Shown piece by piece: positions 26,452 to 39,419 of a DNA stretch of 64,000 nucleotides. How positions within the stretch are numbered: the first letter of the stretch is position 1; every line of letters begins with the position of its first letter. The DNA is from Octopus sinensis (taxonomy: Eukaryota), in NCBI RefSeq assembly GCF_006345805.1, contig NC_042997.1, forward strand, positions 125,984,001-126,048,000. The letters run 5' to 3'. The notes below the pieces were generated by a model. That model did not search any database. It saw only the letters and a program-made list of their open reading frames with translations, and was not told the origin of the DNA. Both the position numbers and the translations under genes were made by a program.

Positions 26452-26484
26452 CTGTTGAAGGGCGTAGGCTCGAAACGTAAAAGA
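26452..26484 (+). ncRNA. Hammerhead relic; same family as 8383-8415
   Basis: CTGTTGA-A-GGGC(GTAG)GCTC-GAA-ACGT-A/AAAGA. The shared downstream sequence CGTTAAACTAATACA links it to the 8330-8500 element. Confidence 0.5.
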
Positions 26485-27192
26485 CTTTCTCAACTTCTCG
26501 ACCGTTAAACTAATACACCTGTTTGTTGTTTATGCACCTGTCTCCATCTTTTGTTTTACTGTAATTTTCAGCTATATACACACACACATATAAGTACAAA
26601 TACAGTTGTGTGGGAATATTCTTTTACTTCTTTCAGTCATGTGACTGTGACCATGCTGGAGCACCACCTTTAGTCGAGCAAACTGACCCCAGAACTTATT
26701 CTTTGTAAGCCTAGTACTCATTCTATCGGTCTCTTTTGCCGAACCGCTAGATTACGGGGACGTAAACACACCAGCATCGGTTGTCAAGCGATGTTGGGGG
26801 AAGCCAAACACAGACACACTCATACATATATATATATACCTATATATGACAGGCTTCTTTCAGTTTCCATCTACCAAATCCACTCACAAGGCTTTGGTCG
26901 GCCCGAGGCTATAGTAGAAGACTCTTGGCCAAGGTGCCATGCATCATAATCATATGGTTTGCTAATGCTCAATCTCATTGCTCGGCACTATGGGCAAAAG
27001 TCACCTAATGTAACCGCTGGTTAACCAATGGCCAGTGAGTCAAATTATACAGTCTGAAACGAGGAAGCTTGTCATGTATGTGGGCATCCATTACCTCAGT
27101 TTCACAACTAAGTATGACTAACTTACATAAACTACATGAAACCTTTTGAAGCTTTTACATAATATAATCTAGTTTACCGCGTGAGCATGTGT

Positions 27193-27519
27193 GTGAAGGC
27201 ACATAGCTCAGTGGTTAGAGTGCCGGGCTTACAAGTGTGAGGTTGTGAGTTTGATTCCCAGACTTGGCTTTGTATTGTGTTCTTGAGCAAGACACTTTAT
27301 TTCACGTTGATTCAGTTCACTCAGCAGTAGAAATGAGTTGCGATATCACTGGTGCCAAGCTGCATTGGCTTTTGCCTTTCCACTGGACAACATCAGTGGC
27401 ATGGAGAAGGGAGATTGTAATGCATGGGTAACTGCTGGTCTTCCAAAAACAACCTTGCCCAGAAGGGAACATTCTAGGTGCAATCCCATGGTCATTTGTG
27501 ACCAAAGGGGATTTTTACC

Positions 27520-27522
<3 letters not shown>
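27193..27522 (+). mobile_element. tRNA-derived SINE with a CORE-like box
   Basis: TAGCTCAGTGG A box, GAGTTTGATTCC B box, GTGTTCTTGAGCAAGACACTT segment; ends at a (TA)n tract. Confidence 0.7.
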
Positions 27523-27586
<64 letters not shown>

Positions 27587-27751
27587 TTCATTTTTGGATT
27601 TGGGTTGCAAGATTCTTTATGTGAATTCATGTGTTGAAGCATATTCTGTTTGTGTATGGGGAGAGTCATTCTCTTTTAGTGCCTTATAATTTAACACACT
27701 CACCAGTAAAATTTCCACTCATTTACTTATTTATTTTTCTAAAATTATTGC

Positions 27752-27800
<49 letters not shown>

Positions 27801-29352
27801 TACCAAATCCACTCACAAGGTGTGGGCTGGCCTAAATACAGTGTACTAAATTGATAAAATGCTAACAAAAGAAAAATAATATTGTAGTGCAATGCCAACT
27901 TACAATTATAAATTGACAATTAAGTCTCCTTCTACTGTAGCTTGACATAATACTACAAAAAGATAACAGACTTGAGCCACACCCATTCTATGCATACATA
28001 ACAAGACACTTAACCCTTTTCTTATCATATTTCTGTTGGAATTCATAGCCTTTGTTTCAATTAATTTTGAAGAGAATAAAGAATTTAATAAAAAAGTTGT
28101 CATTTTTAAGCTGATATATGGAATATAAATTAGATGAAATTTTGATGGGAGATTTTAATTTAATTTTAATGAGATCACTTAAATACAGGAAGTTTGTAAC
28201 ATAGAACCAGTTTAACATCATGATGCAGTTACTTTGTAAGTTAATTTGTTGAAAACATTCAGACCAGAGGATATGTTTTTCTTGGCACACCTTAATCAAC
28301 AAACATGTTCAGAATGGGTATTTCACCATTCCAGGATGGTCTGCAAAGATCATAGGCACTTCCTCTTCTCCTCTTGCCAACTAACTTAAAGACTGCATAA
28401 TCTGATCTTTCACCAGAAAATAACCAATGTAACAACCACAGACATGTACTGTTCAGACTATGAAACGGTCTGACTGATTAAAAGTTTCTCATACCCACAC
28501 ATTACAACTAGCTCAACATGCTGTTATATCTCTTGTACTTGCTCAGCCAAATAATGATAGCCAACCCAATATTTTTCTAAATTACCACATTGTGGATATT
28601 TCTGATGTTAAAATATTCTTTTTTACTCTAGGCACAGGGCCAGACAATTTTGGGGAGGGGGCCAGTTGATTAGATCGACCCCAGTATGCAACTGGTACAT
28701 AATTTATCAACCCCAAAAGGATGAAAAGCAAAGTCGACCTCAGCGGAATTTGAACTCATAACGTAAAGACAGAGGAAATACTGCTAAGCATTTCGCCCAG
28801 CTCGCTGCCTTAGATGTTAAAAATATTGAAAATAACCATGTCTAACACTTCTTATTCTGCAGCATTGAAAACACTATATTTTACCAATGTTAAATTTCAA
28901 AAATTTAGGGACTCTCTAGGACAAATACATTTTACATCATCAGCAAATTTTAATCACAGAGGTTAAAATGTTCTATGGCTAAACATACCGTGTCTCCATA
29001 TTGTAAAAGCAAAACAAAAAAACTTGCACTATAAATGAGTAACAACACTTATGTCAAATAAGCCACCAACAAAACATCTTAGTAAAAGTGCTGGGATCTC
29101 TTGATCTTTTTTTTTTACCTCACTCTCTAAAACTTTCCAATCATAATTGGAATTCATTTTCAAAGTCAGAGCATCCTCTACATTGGGGAAATGCAGTAAA
29201 TATAGTCAGTGACTCTATTTAATTGTAAAGAAAATAGACATGGATCCTAAGGTTCAAATGAGAAAAGAGTTTTTAATGTAAAATTGGCTAACTCAGGTGC
29301 CTGGGTAAATATGTTCCAAATTTTAATGTTACTTGTCCGTGGGTCAAGTATA

Positions 29353-29364
29353 CACTATCTGTTT

Positions 29365-29410
<46 letters not shown>

Positions 29411-29925
29411 CCATTTAACATCAGTTGTCCATGCTGGTTTGACCAGGCCTGGCAAGCTGGAAGGCTGCACCAGACTCCAGTCTTATTTGGCATGGTTTCT
29501 ATGGCTGGATGTCCTTCCTAACACCAACCACTCCAAGATGTAATGGGTGCTTTTACGTGCCACCAGCATGGGTGCCATTTGCACGACACCAGTATCTGCC
29601 ATCATTGCAATTTTAATTGGCTTGATGCATCTTCTTCTCAAGCACTACATAATGCCAAAGGTCTTGGTCATTTATCATTGCCTCTGTGAGGCCTAACACT
29701 AGAAAAGTGCTTTTCACATGCCACTGGCATCAACCACTTTGTCTCAGTAAGGCACAATGCTCAATAGGTGCTTTTTACATGACTCCAGCACGAGTACCAG
29801 TTACACCAGCATCGGCTATGACTACAATTTCACTTGGCTTGACGGGTCTTCTCAATCATAGCACATTGCCAAAGGTCTCGCTCACCAGTCATTGCCTCTG
29901 TGAGGCCTAAAATTCGAAGATCCAT
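29353..29925 (-). mobile_element. RTE family A 3' end with ORF C-terminus
   Basis: DLRILGLTEAMTGERDLWQCAMIEKTRQAK* followed by 3' UTR and a long (GAT)n tail. Confidence 0.8.
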
Positions 29926-30602
29926 TTTATCATTTAGCCACCAGGTCTTTGAATAAATATTTATAGATGTGCAATTTCTATTTATTAATACATCAACAGG
30001 TTGAGTTGACATAAGATAGATTGTTCACTGTTTTAGAGAATAAATAACCAGTATGAACAAACATTGGGTTATCAAAAGAGAAGAGAGGGCAAGAAGTAAA
30101 CTGAAGATAGGGTAGCTAGATAAGGTTTTTGGAAAAGTGGGGATTAGAAAAAGCAGATGTTAATGCAATGATATGTAAGCATAATTAAACACAGTTATTT
30201 ATGTATAAATATACACACGTGTCTAAAACTGTATACAACCATGTGTAAAGCAATAACAAATATACAGCCTGAAATTTAACACAGAAGACAGGCCGAAGGA
30301 ACAAATAGTATTTAAACATCTCTTCCTCAAATATATTTATATCTTAGTATGTGAGTGTGACACAACAATCTAGCAAGTTTTGGATGAAGAATATCACAGA
30401 AAACAACATATAACAGAATTTATCCAGAAATGTTTAAAGAAATTTCAACACAGCATGCTAAAAATAATACTGCTCATTTTTATACATTCACCAAGAAATT
30501 ATATACGTGTGCACGCGCGTGCATGTGTGTTTGTGAGAAAGAGGGGAGGAGGTTTGGTAATGCAAATGGGAGAAATAGAACTCAATACATAGATTATATA
30601 TA

Positions 30603-30647
<45 letters not shown>

Positions 30648-30776
30648 TAAAAAGAATTCCAACCTTGTCTGATTTTCACGTTTTATTTACAATCTTATAA
30701 TGATATATTATAAGATAATATATTATAATTGAATAAAATAAAATGAAATAGTAGAATGTTAAATATTCATTCTGAT

Positions 30777-30821
30777 TGAACTAGTACTTTCATGCATTGA
30801 ATTCTGCAATCTTCGGGTTCA
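30777..30821 (-). ncRNA. Minimal type-I hammerhead motif, C4 variant
   Basis: TGAAC-CCGAAGA-TTGCA(GAATTCAA)TGCAT-GAA-AGTACT-A/GTTCA. Confidence 0.55.
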
Positions 30822-30924
30822 TGTAGTAGTGTTGACAGTCATGCTTCACAATTTTTGACTGTATATATATATATATGAAAAAACAAGTCAAAATAGAAAA
30901 TGCTAAAATAATTTTATAAAGAAC

Positions 30925-30970
30925 ATTTCAGTACCGGTTTCGGTCATTTTGAGACCTTTTCAACTGTAAC
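30925..30970 (-). ncRNA. Minimal type-I hammerhead ribozyme motif, U3-A8 variant
   Basis: GTTACAG-TTGAAAA-GGTC(TCAAAAT)GACC-GAA-ACCGGT-A/CTGAAAT: stem I, core, stem II, palindromic stem III, GUA cleavage triplet. Confidence 0.7.
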
Positions 30971-31754
30971 GATTAAATAATTAAATTTAGAAAATTAGAA
31001 GAAAAGTTTTTTTAAAAGAATATTTGTATAGTGTTCAAATATAAGTGGCATTCTGCCTTTCTCTGTCTCCCTTGTTTGCACTTGTGTGTTCGAGGTCATA
31101 TATATATATATAATTATTACCTGTGAAACTACACAAGCCATTCAAAGATTTAGAGTTTTGTGCAACAGCAATTACCAAACTAGTTCAGAAATTACATACT
31201 GCTTGTGTGTGTGTGTGTGCGTGTGTGTGTGTGCGCATGCGCGTGTTAGTGTGTGCGTGTACGTGTGTGTGTGAGTAATATTAAATAAATGACAAAGAAT
31301 CAGCTGTTTCTGCTATAAGATGTAGTGCACTCAGAGCTGAGTGTATATGCATCACCTTAGAGCTTCAGCTAAAATACAGAATTCTTATTAAAAGATCTTT
31401 AGAAAATTTGTTGGTATGTTACATGGTAATACAATTTCAAGATTAGCAGACTTGAATGCAAAATAAATGGCACATGAAAGAACCATAGTCTGACAAATCC
31501 ACAAGTTAATTTAGTAAACAGTTGACTAAACAATAAGAAGAGTTAATTACTTAATTAGTGTACAGATGATGGTAATAAAACAAATGAATTGCAACTACAG
31601 CATGTTTTTATAGGCAAAATGACACTCCTAAAATACAACAAATAAAATTATTAGTAAATTAAGTAACAGAGGAAGATGTCAATGTCTAGCACTGGCAGTA
31701 CCATTGTTAAGTAATACAAATGCAAAGAAAATGCCCTAGAAAAAGAAAAGCAAC

Positions 31755-32063
31755 AGAGACATCAAACTGTTGGGCTAGGTTATGAAAGTTACAGAAAATT
31801 TTATTGCAAATCTGATTAAGAACCAGCTTGGCTGAGATGTAGTTTGGTTTGAACCAGAAAAGGTTAGCCATGAGGCCATGTACCTAGTGAGACAACTGCA
31901 AGAAGTTCTTACATAAGAGTAGGCTGCTATACCTAGCATTTGTCAATTTGTAGAAGGCCTAAGAAAACCAGGAGTAGATGACTGGCTTGTAAGGGTCATT
32001 AAAGCCATTCTCAGAAGAGCGGTCAACAAAATGAGAATCAGCAATAAGTTCAGTGATGAATTC
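31755..32063 (+). mobile_element. Decayed RTE RT fragment
   Basis: RDIKLLG*VMKVTE...AMYLVRQLQE...LRKPGVDDWLVRVIKA...KMRISNKFSDEF follows the RTE RT domain order, with stops and deletions. Confidence 0.75.
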
Positions 32064-33222
32064 ATATATATATGACAGGCATCTCACAGTTTCTATTTAC
32101 AAACATAACTCTCAAGGCTTTGGTTCCCCTGAGGCTATAGTAGAAGAAACTTGCCCCTAAGTACCTCAGAGTGGAACTGAAGCTGAAACAATGTCGTTGA
32201 GAAGTCAGCTTCTAAACTACAAAGCCATTACTTCACTCAAAGTCATACATGTGCCTAAATGTCAGTATGTTGTTCATTTTACATCTGTTTTACCATGCTA
32301 GCATGGGTTAGACATGAATATATTTTGAAGCATTGGTTTAAAGTTGGATGCCCTTTCTTTAACTAACCCTTACCAGTTTCACAAGGAAAGGGTCTCTTAT
32401 TTCATGAGTCTTTGAAGGTACAAAGAGAGAGGACAATTTGTTGACAGAAGTGATAACACCAATCATAGCAAATTATTTTCATAAAACAAATATAAAAATC
32501 ACACATATACACACATATACAACAGACTTCTTTCAATTTCCACTCAGAAGGTTTTGATCAACCTAAGGATGTAGGAGAAAATACTTGGTCGGCTAAGGTA
32601 CCACACAGTGGGACTGGATCTGGAATGATGAGATTGGAAAGTGATCTTGGACACATAGTCTTGCCTGCCTATGTTTTCATATCACCATCATCATCATTTA
32701 ACGTCTGTTTTTCATGCTGGCATGGGTTGGATGGCTTGAAAGGAACTGGTAAGGCTGGGAGTTGCACAAGGCTCCATTGTTTTCACATGGTTTCTTCAGC
32801 TGGATGCCCTTCCTAATGCCAACCACTTTACAGGGTGTACTGGGTGCTTTTTACATGGTACCAGCACAGATAGAATCACCAATATGTACCCTAAAACTGA
32901 ACCCGAGACCATGTAATTGAAAAACAAATACCCAATTGACTGGTTTCAAATATGGAAATTTGAATTGAAGTACTTTATTTCTGTAACTGAACTTATTGGG
33001 TGCGGAAACAGCTGTAGGCTGGAATTTCTCTACTGAATTCGAATATCTTTGAATAAATAATGTCTTGTATAATAATGTCAATTTTTCTATTTTCTTCCTT
33101 TTCTCATTCATATATATATCCTCATCATCATCATTTAGTGTCTGCTTTCCATGCTAGCATGGATTGGATGGTTCAACTGGGGTCTGGGAAGCCAGAAGGC
33201 TGCACCAGGCCCAGTCTGAATT

Positions 33223-33310
<88 letters not shown>

Positions 33311-33313
<3 letters not shown>

Positions 33314-35313
33314 TTAACGTCCGCTTTCCATGCTAGCATGGGTTGGACGGTTCAACTGGGGTCTGGGGAGCCCGAAAGCTGCACCAGTCCAGTCAGATCT
33401 GGCAGTGTTTCTACAGCCTGATGCCCTTCCTAACGCCAACCACTCCGAGAGTGTAGTGGGTGATTTTATGTGCCACCGACACAGGTGCCAGACGAGGCTG
33501 GCAGACGGCCACGCTCGGATGGTGTTTTTATGTGCCACCGACACAGGTGCCAGATGAGGCTGGCAAACGGCCACGATCGGATGGTGCTTGTTACGTGCCC
33601 ACAGCACGGAGGCCAGTCGATGCGGTACTGGCTACGGCCACGTTCGGATGGTTTTCTTGTGTGCCACGTGCCACCGGCACTGGTACCACAAAGATACAAA
33701 TTCCATTGATGTTCATCTATTTGATTTGTTTTGATTTTCACTTGCCTCAACAGGTCTTCACAAGTGTCACAAGAAGGAAGGTATGCACAGGTGGACTGAC
33801 TACGTCCCAGGTAGGGGCCATGGGTTATGGCCTGACTAGTCTTGCCGGGTCTTCGGATGGTGTTTTTATGTGCCACCGACACAGGTGCTAGATGAGGCTG
33901 GCGAACGGCCACGATCGGATGGTGTTTGTCATGTGCCCACCGCACTGACTACAGCACTGATGGATTTCTTGTGTGCCACAGGCACTGGTACCACAAGATA
34001 CAAATTCCATTGATGTTCATCTATTTTGTCTATTTTGATTTGATTTGATTTTCACTTGCCTCAACCGGTCTTCACAAGTGTCACAAGAAGGAAGGTATGC
34101 ACAGGTGGACTGACTAGTCTTGCCAGGTCTTCGGAAGGTGTTTTTATGTGCCACCGACACAGGTGCCAGATGAGGCTGGCGAACGGCCATAATCGGATGG
34201 TGTTTGTTACGTGCCCACAGCACGGAGGCCGGTCGATGCGGAACTGGCTACAGCCACGTTCGGATGGTTCTCTTGTGTGCCACCGGCACTGGTACCACAA
34301 AGTGTGTGCCACCGGCACTGGTACCACAAAGATACAAATTCCATTGATATTCATCTATTTGATTTGTTTTGATTTGATTTTGATTTTGATTTTCACTTGC
34401 CTCAACAGGCCTTCACAAGTATCACAAGGAGGAAGGTATGCACAGGTGGACTGACTACGTCCCAGGTAGGGGCCATGGTTTATGGCCTGACTAGTCTTGC
34501 CGGGTCTTCGGATGGTGTTTTTATGTGCCACCGACACAGGTGCTAGATGAGGCTGGCGAACGGCCACGACCGGATGGTGTTTGTTATGTGCCCACAGCAC
34601 GATGGCCAGTGATGCGGTACTGACTACGGCCACGTTCGGATGGATTCTTGTGTGCCACCGGCACTGGTACCACAAGCGGTACTGACTACGGCCACGTTCG
34701 AATGGATTCTTGTGTGCCACCGGCACTGGTACCACAAAGATACAAATTCCATTGATGTTCATCTATTTGATTTGTTTTGATTTGATTTTGATTTTCACTT
34801 GCCTCAACAGGTCTTCACAAGTGTCGCAAGAAGGAAGGTATGTACAGGTGGACTGACTACGTCCCAGGTAGGGCCCACGGGTTATGACCTGACTAGTCTT
34901 GCCGGGTCTTCGGATGGTGCTTTTATGTGCCACCGACACAGGTGCCAGATGCCACCATGTTCCCACAGCACGGAGGCGAGGCGAGTCGATGCGGTACTGG
35001 CTACGGCCACGTTCGGCTGGCTTTCTTGTGTGCCACAGGCACTGGTACCACAAAGATACAAATTCCATTGATGTTCATCTATTTTGATTGATTTTCACTT
35101 GCCTCAGCAGGTCTTCACAAGTGTCACAAGAAGGAAGGTATGCACAGGTGGATCGACTACGTCCCAGGTAGGGGCCACGGGATATGGCCTGACTAGTCCT
35201 GCCGGGTCCTCTCATGCACAGCACACTTCCATAGGACTCGGTCTTCAGTCATTTCCTTGGTGAGACCTAAAGTTCGAAGGTCGTGCTTCACCACCTCGTC
35301 CCAGGTTTTCCTG
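33311..35313 (-). mobile_element. 5'-truncated RTE-family LINE (family A): ORF C-terminus, tandemly amplified 3' UTR, (GAT)n tail
   Basis: The minus strand starts RKTWDEVVKHDLRTLGLTKEMTEDRVLWKCAVHERTRQD*. Then come five units of about 305-410 bp (marker AAGATACAAATTCCATTGAT near 33691, 33995, 34329, 34738, 35053) and the common 3' end ...CATGCTAGCATGGAAAGCGGACGTTAAATGATGAT. Confidence 0.85.
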
Positions 35314-36238
35314 ATATACATATAAATTCAAAACACAGAGAAAAAAAAGAAAAAGAAAAATCATGAGGATGTAGCAGAAGCAATGTATTACTGACACTTG
35401 GTGAAAGAAGAGAGTTGTTCTACACACACACACACACATAGTGTACTGTTCACTTATTGAGATGATTAGCAAAGAAGTTGTCAATTTAGTGAGATAAATA
35501 TCATATAAGAATATAGGAGTTATATGTGAGCTCAAGTTTCATACTAGGGTAGTGCAGTAATCAGACAGGCTTTTATAGTATATCATGCATGATCCATTAA
35601 GACTTACAGAACTGCAAAAGTGGGCAAATAGCAACACTTATGGACTAGTTTGAGAGCATAATGGATAAGCTCAGAACTAAGTTCAAACAGTTTGATATTG
35701 TGGACTTTCACCCTTACAAGATAAAGTAATAAAGTAATAAAGTCTGCCAGAAAATACGTCGCCACTGACCAAACAGATACTGAGTTAATCATGAATGCAC
35801 ATAAAACCTTCCTCTTTAGTAAAGGTTGAGCTTGGATCATGAAATTTGAACCTGACAAAATGTTTTATAGATCAATGTGTGTGTATATATATATGGATCT
35901 ATATTGATATATGTGATCTAATAAGGATTTTTATACAAAATATCTTAAAACTAGCCATAAATGTATTTGTCCACATATGTATTCTCAACATCATTTAACT
36001 TATTTTTTCATGCTGGTATGGCTTGGACAGTTCAATAGAATCCCTAACAAGGTACAAGACTGTACTGAGCTCCAATGTCTGCATTGGCACAATGTACTAG
36101 GTACATTCTTTCATGACACCAACAGTAGTGAGGCCAACAAACAACACATAAAAGAAGGCTCCTTGAAAAAAGTAGGTGTGAGTATTGAAGGATGTAGTTT
36201 TGAGAAGCTAAAGCATGTATGTCACGAGACGATGCTAG

Positions 36239-36377
36239 GTGTGCCACAGTGTAACATGGATGTGATTTTTTTCCCTATACTTTTAATTATATTTTTCGTT
36301 CAAGTGTGCCACAGTGTAACATGGATGTGATTTTTTTCCCTATACTTCTAATTATATTTTTCGTTCAAGTGTGCCAC
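36239..36377. repeat. 65-bp tandem duplication
   Basis: GTGTGCCAC recurs at 36239, 36304 and 36369. Confidence 0.85.
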
Positions 36378-36680
36378 CAAATTTTGAAAAGAATATAAGT
36401 GTGATGCAAAAATGGTTAAAAAAAGGTTGCCCAGCACTGAGCTAAACTATGATAGACAGACAAGAACAGGAGTGAAATTAGCAGGAATGTTGTATTATAT
36501 TACTCAGAAAACAATTACATTGGATAAACAAAGTTTTTTAACTAATTCAATTTAACTCAATATAATTATATATCACATATATGTAATACATTTGGTGGTG
36601 CTGATCTTCATGAAACAGCTGTAGAGTACAATTAAAGTATTAATTATATGCAAAATTTAAGCTTATATATATATATATAT

Positions 36681-36992
36681 CTCACTATCACTATCATGTG
36701 ACCAACCAGACAATCAGATGTTGTTACACATCGCTGGTCACATTGCGTTCGCATTGTTTTAGCTTTCTAATGACGCCACCCAGCTAGCTAAGAGAGCAGG
36801 CCAACAGAAGAAAGAGTAGGAGAAAGAGTGGTGAAAGAATACAGCAGGGATCACCACCCCCTGCCGGAGCCTCGTGGAGCTTTTTAGGTGTTTTCACTCA
36901 ATAAACACTCACAACGCCCGGTCTGGGAATCAAAACCGCGATCCTGCGACCGCGAGTCCGCTGCCCTAACCACTAGGCCATTGCGTCTCCAC
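36681..36992 (-). mobile_element. SINE with a tRNA-Arg-like head
   Basis: The minus strand begins GTGGAGACGCAATGGCCTAGTGGTTAGGGCAGCGGACTCGCGGTCGCAGGATCGCGGTTTTGATTCCC (A box, TCG at the anticodon position, B box), then non-tRNA body. Confidence 0.8.
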
Positions 36993-36996
36993 ATAT

Positions 36997-37063
<67 letters not shown>

Positions 37064-37471
37064 TTATAAACATACATATATATATATATATACACATATA
37101 AACATACATATATATATATATATATATTAACATATATATGTAAACATATACATATATACACACACAAATATATATACATATATAAACATATATGTATATA
37201 CATATGTACATATATATATATATATATATAGATAGATAGATAGATAGATAGATATTCATATACATGTACATGTGCATATATATATAGATATATATATATA
37301 GATAGATAGAGATAGATATTCATATACATATACATCATCATCATCATCATCATCGTTTAACGTCCGCTTTCCATGCTAGCATGGGTTGGACATGTGTGTA
37401 TATATATATATATACACACATACATATATACATACTTATATATACACATATATACATACATATATATACAT

Positions 37472-37502
<31 letters not shown>

Positions 37503-37510
37503 CACACATA
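36993..37510. repeat. Compound TA/ATAC/ATAG microsatellite field (similar fields at 5790-5925, 26300-26420, 43140-43395 and many shorter ones)
   Basis: Read directly from the sequence. Confidence 0.95.
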
Positions 37511-38425
37511 TATTCCAGGTTTATAATCTTAAGAATATTACTTTTCATGCTCGCATTTTTCTATGTAATCCATGATTTTTCCAGGCATTGCTGCTATAAG
37601 ACAATAATGTGTCAATTACTAATTTAAGATTTTACCTTATGAAATACTGAAAGACAATATTTCAATTTTTCCATGTAAGTGATGATAATATTTAAATTTT
37701 TTTCATGTTTAATTAAAATATATGTTGTGATTGAATTATTTGATATTACTCATCCACACCAAATTAATGGCAGGGATTTTTACCATGGCTCACCAAAAAT
37801 TACAAACAAGACCCCAAAACCATCAGTTACCAGGCTCACCTTAAGTAACCTAATTTTGCAATATCAGGAGGTCACAGGAATTCATTCAACGTAAAAAAAA
37901 AATTCTAATGATTCCAGGATTGAGGGGGGGGGGGGGCACCTAATCTTTTCTGAACCAAATTAAGGGATTTGCAGCATATTAGGTGATCAGGGTACTTGAT
38001 TCCATGCTAAAAATACAATTTTTTATTTTTTTTCTTAGTGAAAATCGTGTGTGATAATATAGAAATTTATCATAATGTTGTTGTTATTTAGCCTCAAATC
38101 AACTGATACTGCAAACCAATCATCAAAGACATTCCAGCCTTTAGCAAACAATCACTTTAGAGATAACCTAGGACATTATATACAATGGGTGTGTGATTTA
38201 GGTAGTAAGATACTTTGGCTTCTATTTTTAGCATGTCGAGCGACCAAGTAGAGGCTCTTTCATTGGTTCGATTGCATGATGAGATTATTTTACACATATA
38301 TGTAATATGTATATATATCATTGGCAGAAGTTAGAGAGTAAGTCAATAGCTAAGTGTTTCATGTATTAGCACTTATCAAACACAAATTTGTCCATTGTCA
38401 TTCTGTAACTTCCGCCGAAATAACT

Positions 38426-38850
38426 TTTAAAATACAAAATTTTGTCAAAAATGTTAAGAGTAAACCCTGTTCTATGTGACACATTCTACCAGTATCGGAA
38501 GTTTGAAAGTGTTTAGTTAAAAAAAATTAATCAAATAATTTGTACGTCTAATTGAATAGATCCGAAATGGATGAAAAGCTCAGTCAACCTCAATGGAATT
38601 TGAACTCAGAAAGTAAAGACAGACGAAACACCACTTCTAAAATACAAAATTTTGTCAAAAGTGTTAAGAGTAAAACCTGTTCTATGTGACACTTTCTACC
38701 AGTATCAGAAGTTTGAAAGTGTTTAGTTTAAAAAAATTAAACTAAATAATCTATACGTCAAAGTCAACCTCAGTGAAATTTGAACTCAAAACATAAAGAC
38801 AGACAATATACCATTAAGCATTTCGCCCAGTGTGCCAATGTTTCTGCCAG
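38426..38850. repeat. Older tandem duplication (period about 210 bp) including a SINE C fragment
   Basis: AAAATACAAAATTTTGTCAAAA...TACGTC occurs twice, each followed by a SINE C piece. Confidence 0.7.
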
Positions 38851-39370
38851 AAATTTTAGAAATATATTCTTTATTCTTATTGCTTAAGTGTTACTCCCTT
38901 ACTTCTTTACTTACTGACATAAAATTTGTTAATACCATTTTACCTCATAACTCTCTTTCTACTAAATTTTGTTCAATGCGACTAGCGATTCTGAATTCCT
39001 CATGCATTTTTCTATCATTTAAGCCTAAGAAAAGTATACTTTTAATTTAAAATTTAAAAATTTATATTAATTGAAGATGAATATTTTCCTTACAGGCTGT
39101 AGATATTTTGATGTAACTTTTTTTCTACTGAACCAAATCTCAAACTATTTATGCCAAAGTGTAGCTGAGGAGGTGTCCTCTTTAAAGCTATTAACAGTTT
39201 GCAATTTAGTTGAGAACTGAATTAGTGATGAAGCTTGGAAGCTGGTGCCGTTGACAAAATGGTGAACTTAAGAATATATTCAACCACTTCAGTGGTTGAA
39301 TGATATATATATATATATCATCATCATCATCATCATCACGTTAAACGATGATGATATATATATATATTAA

Positions 39371-39413
<43 letters not shown>

Positions 39414-39419
39414 CATATA

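Noticed and set aside
33460-35200. Repeat array superficially like CRISPR
   Set aside because: Units are long and the intervening sequence is also repeated, so there are no unique spacers. The context is eukaryotic LINE 3' UTR.
36915-36992. tRNA-Arg-like sequence (also the heads at 27193 and 40803)
   Set aside because: No complete acceptor stem, and each continues into a SINE body.
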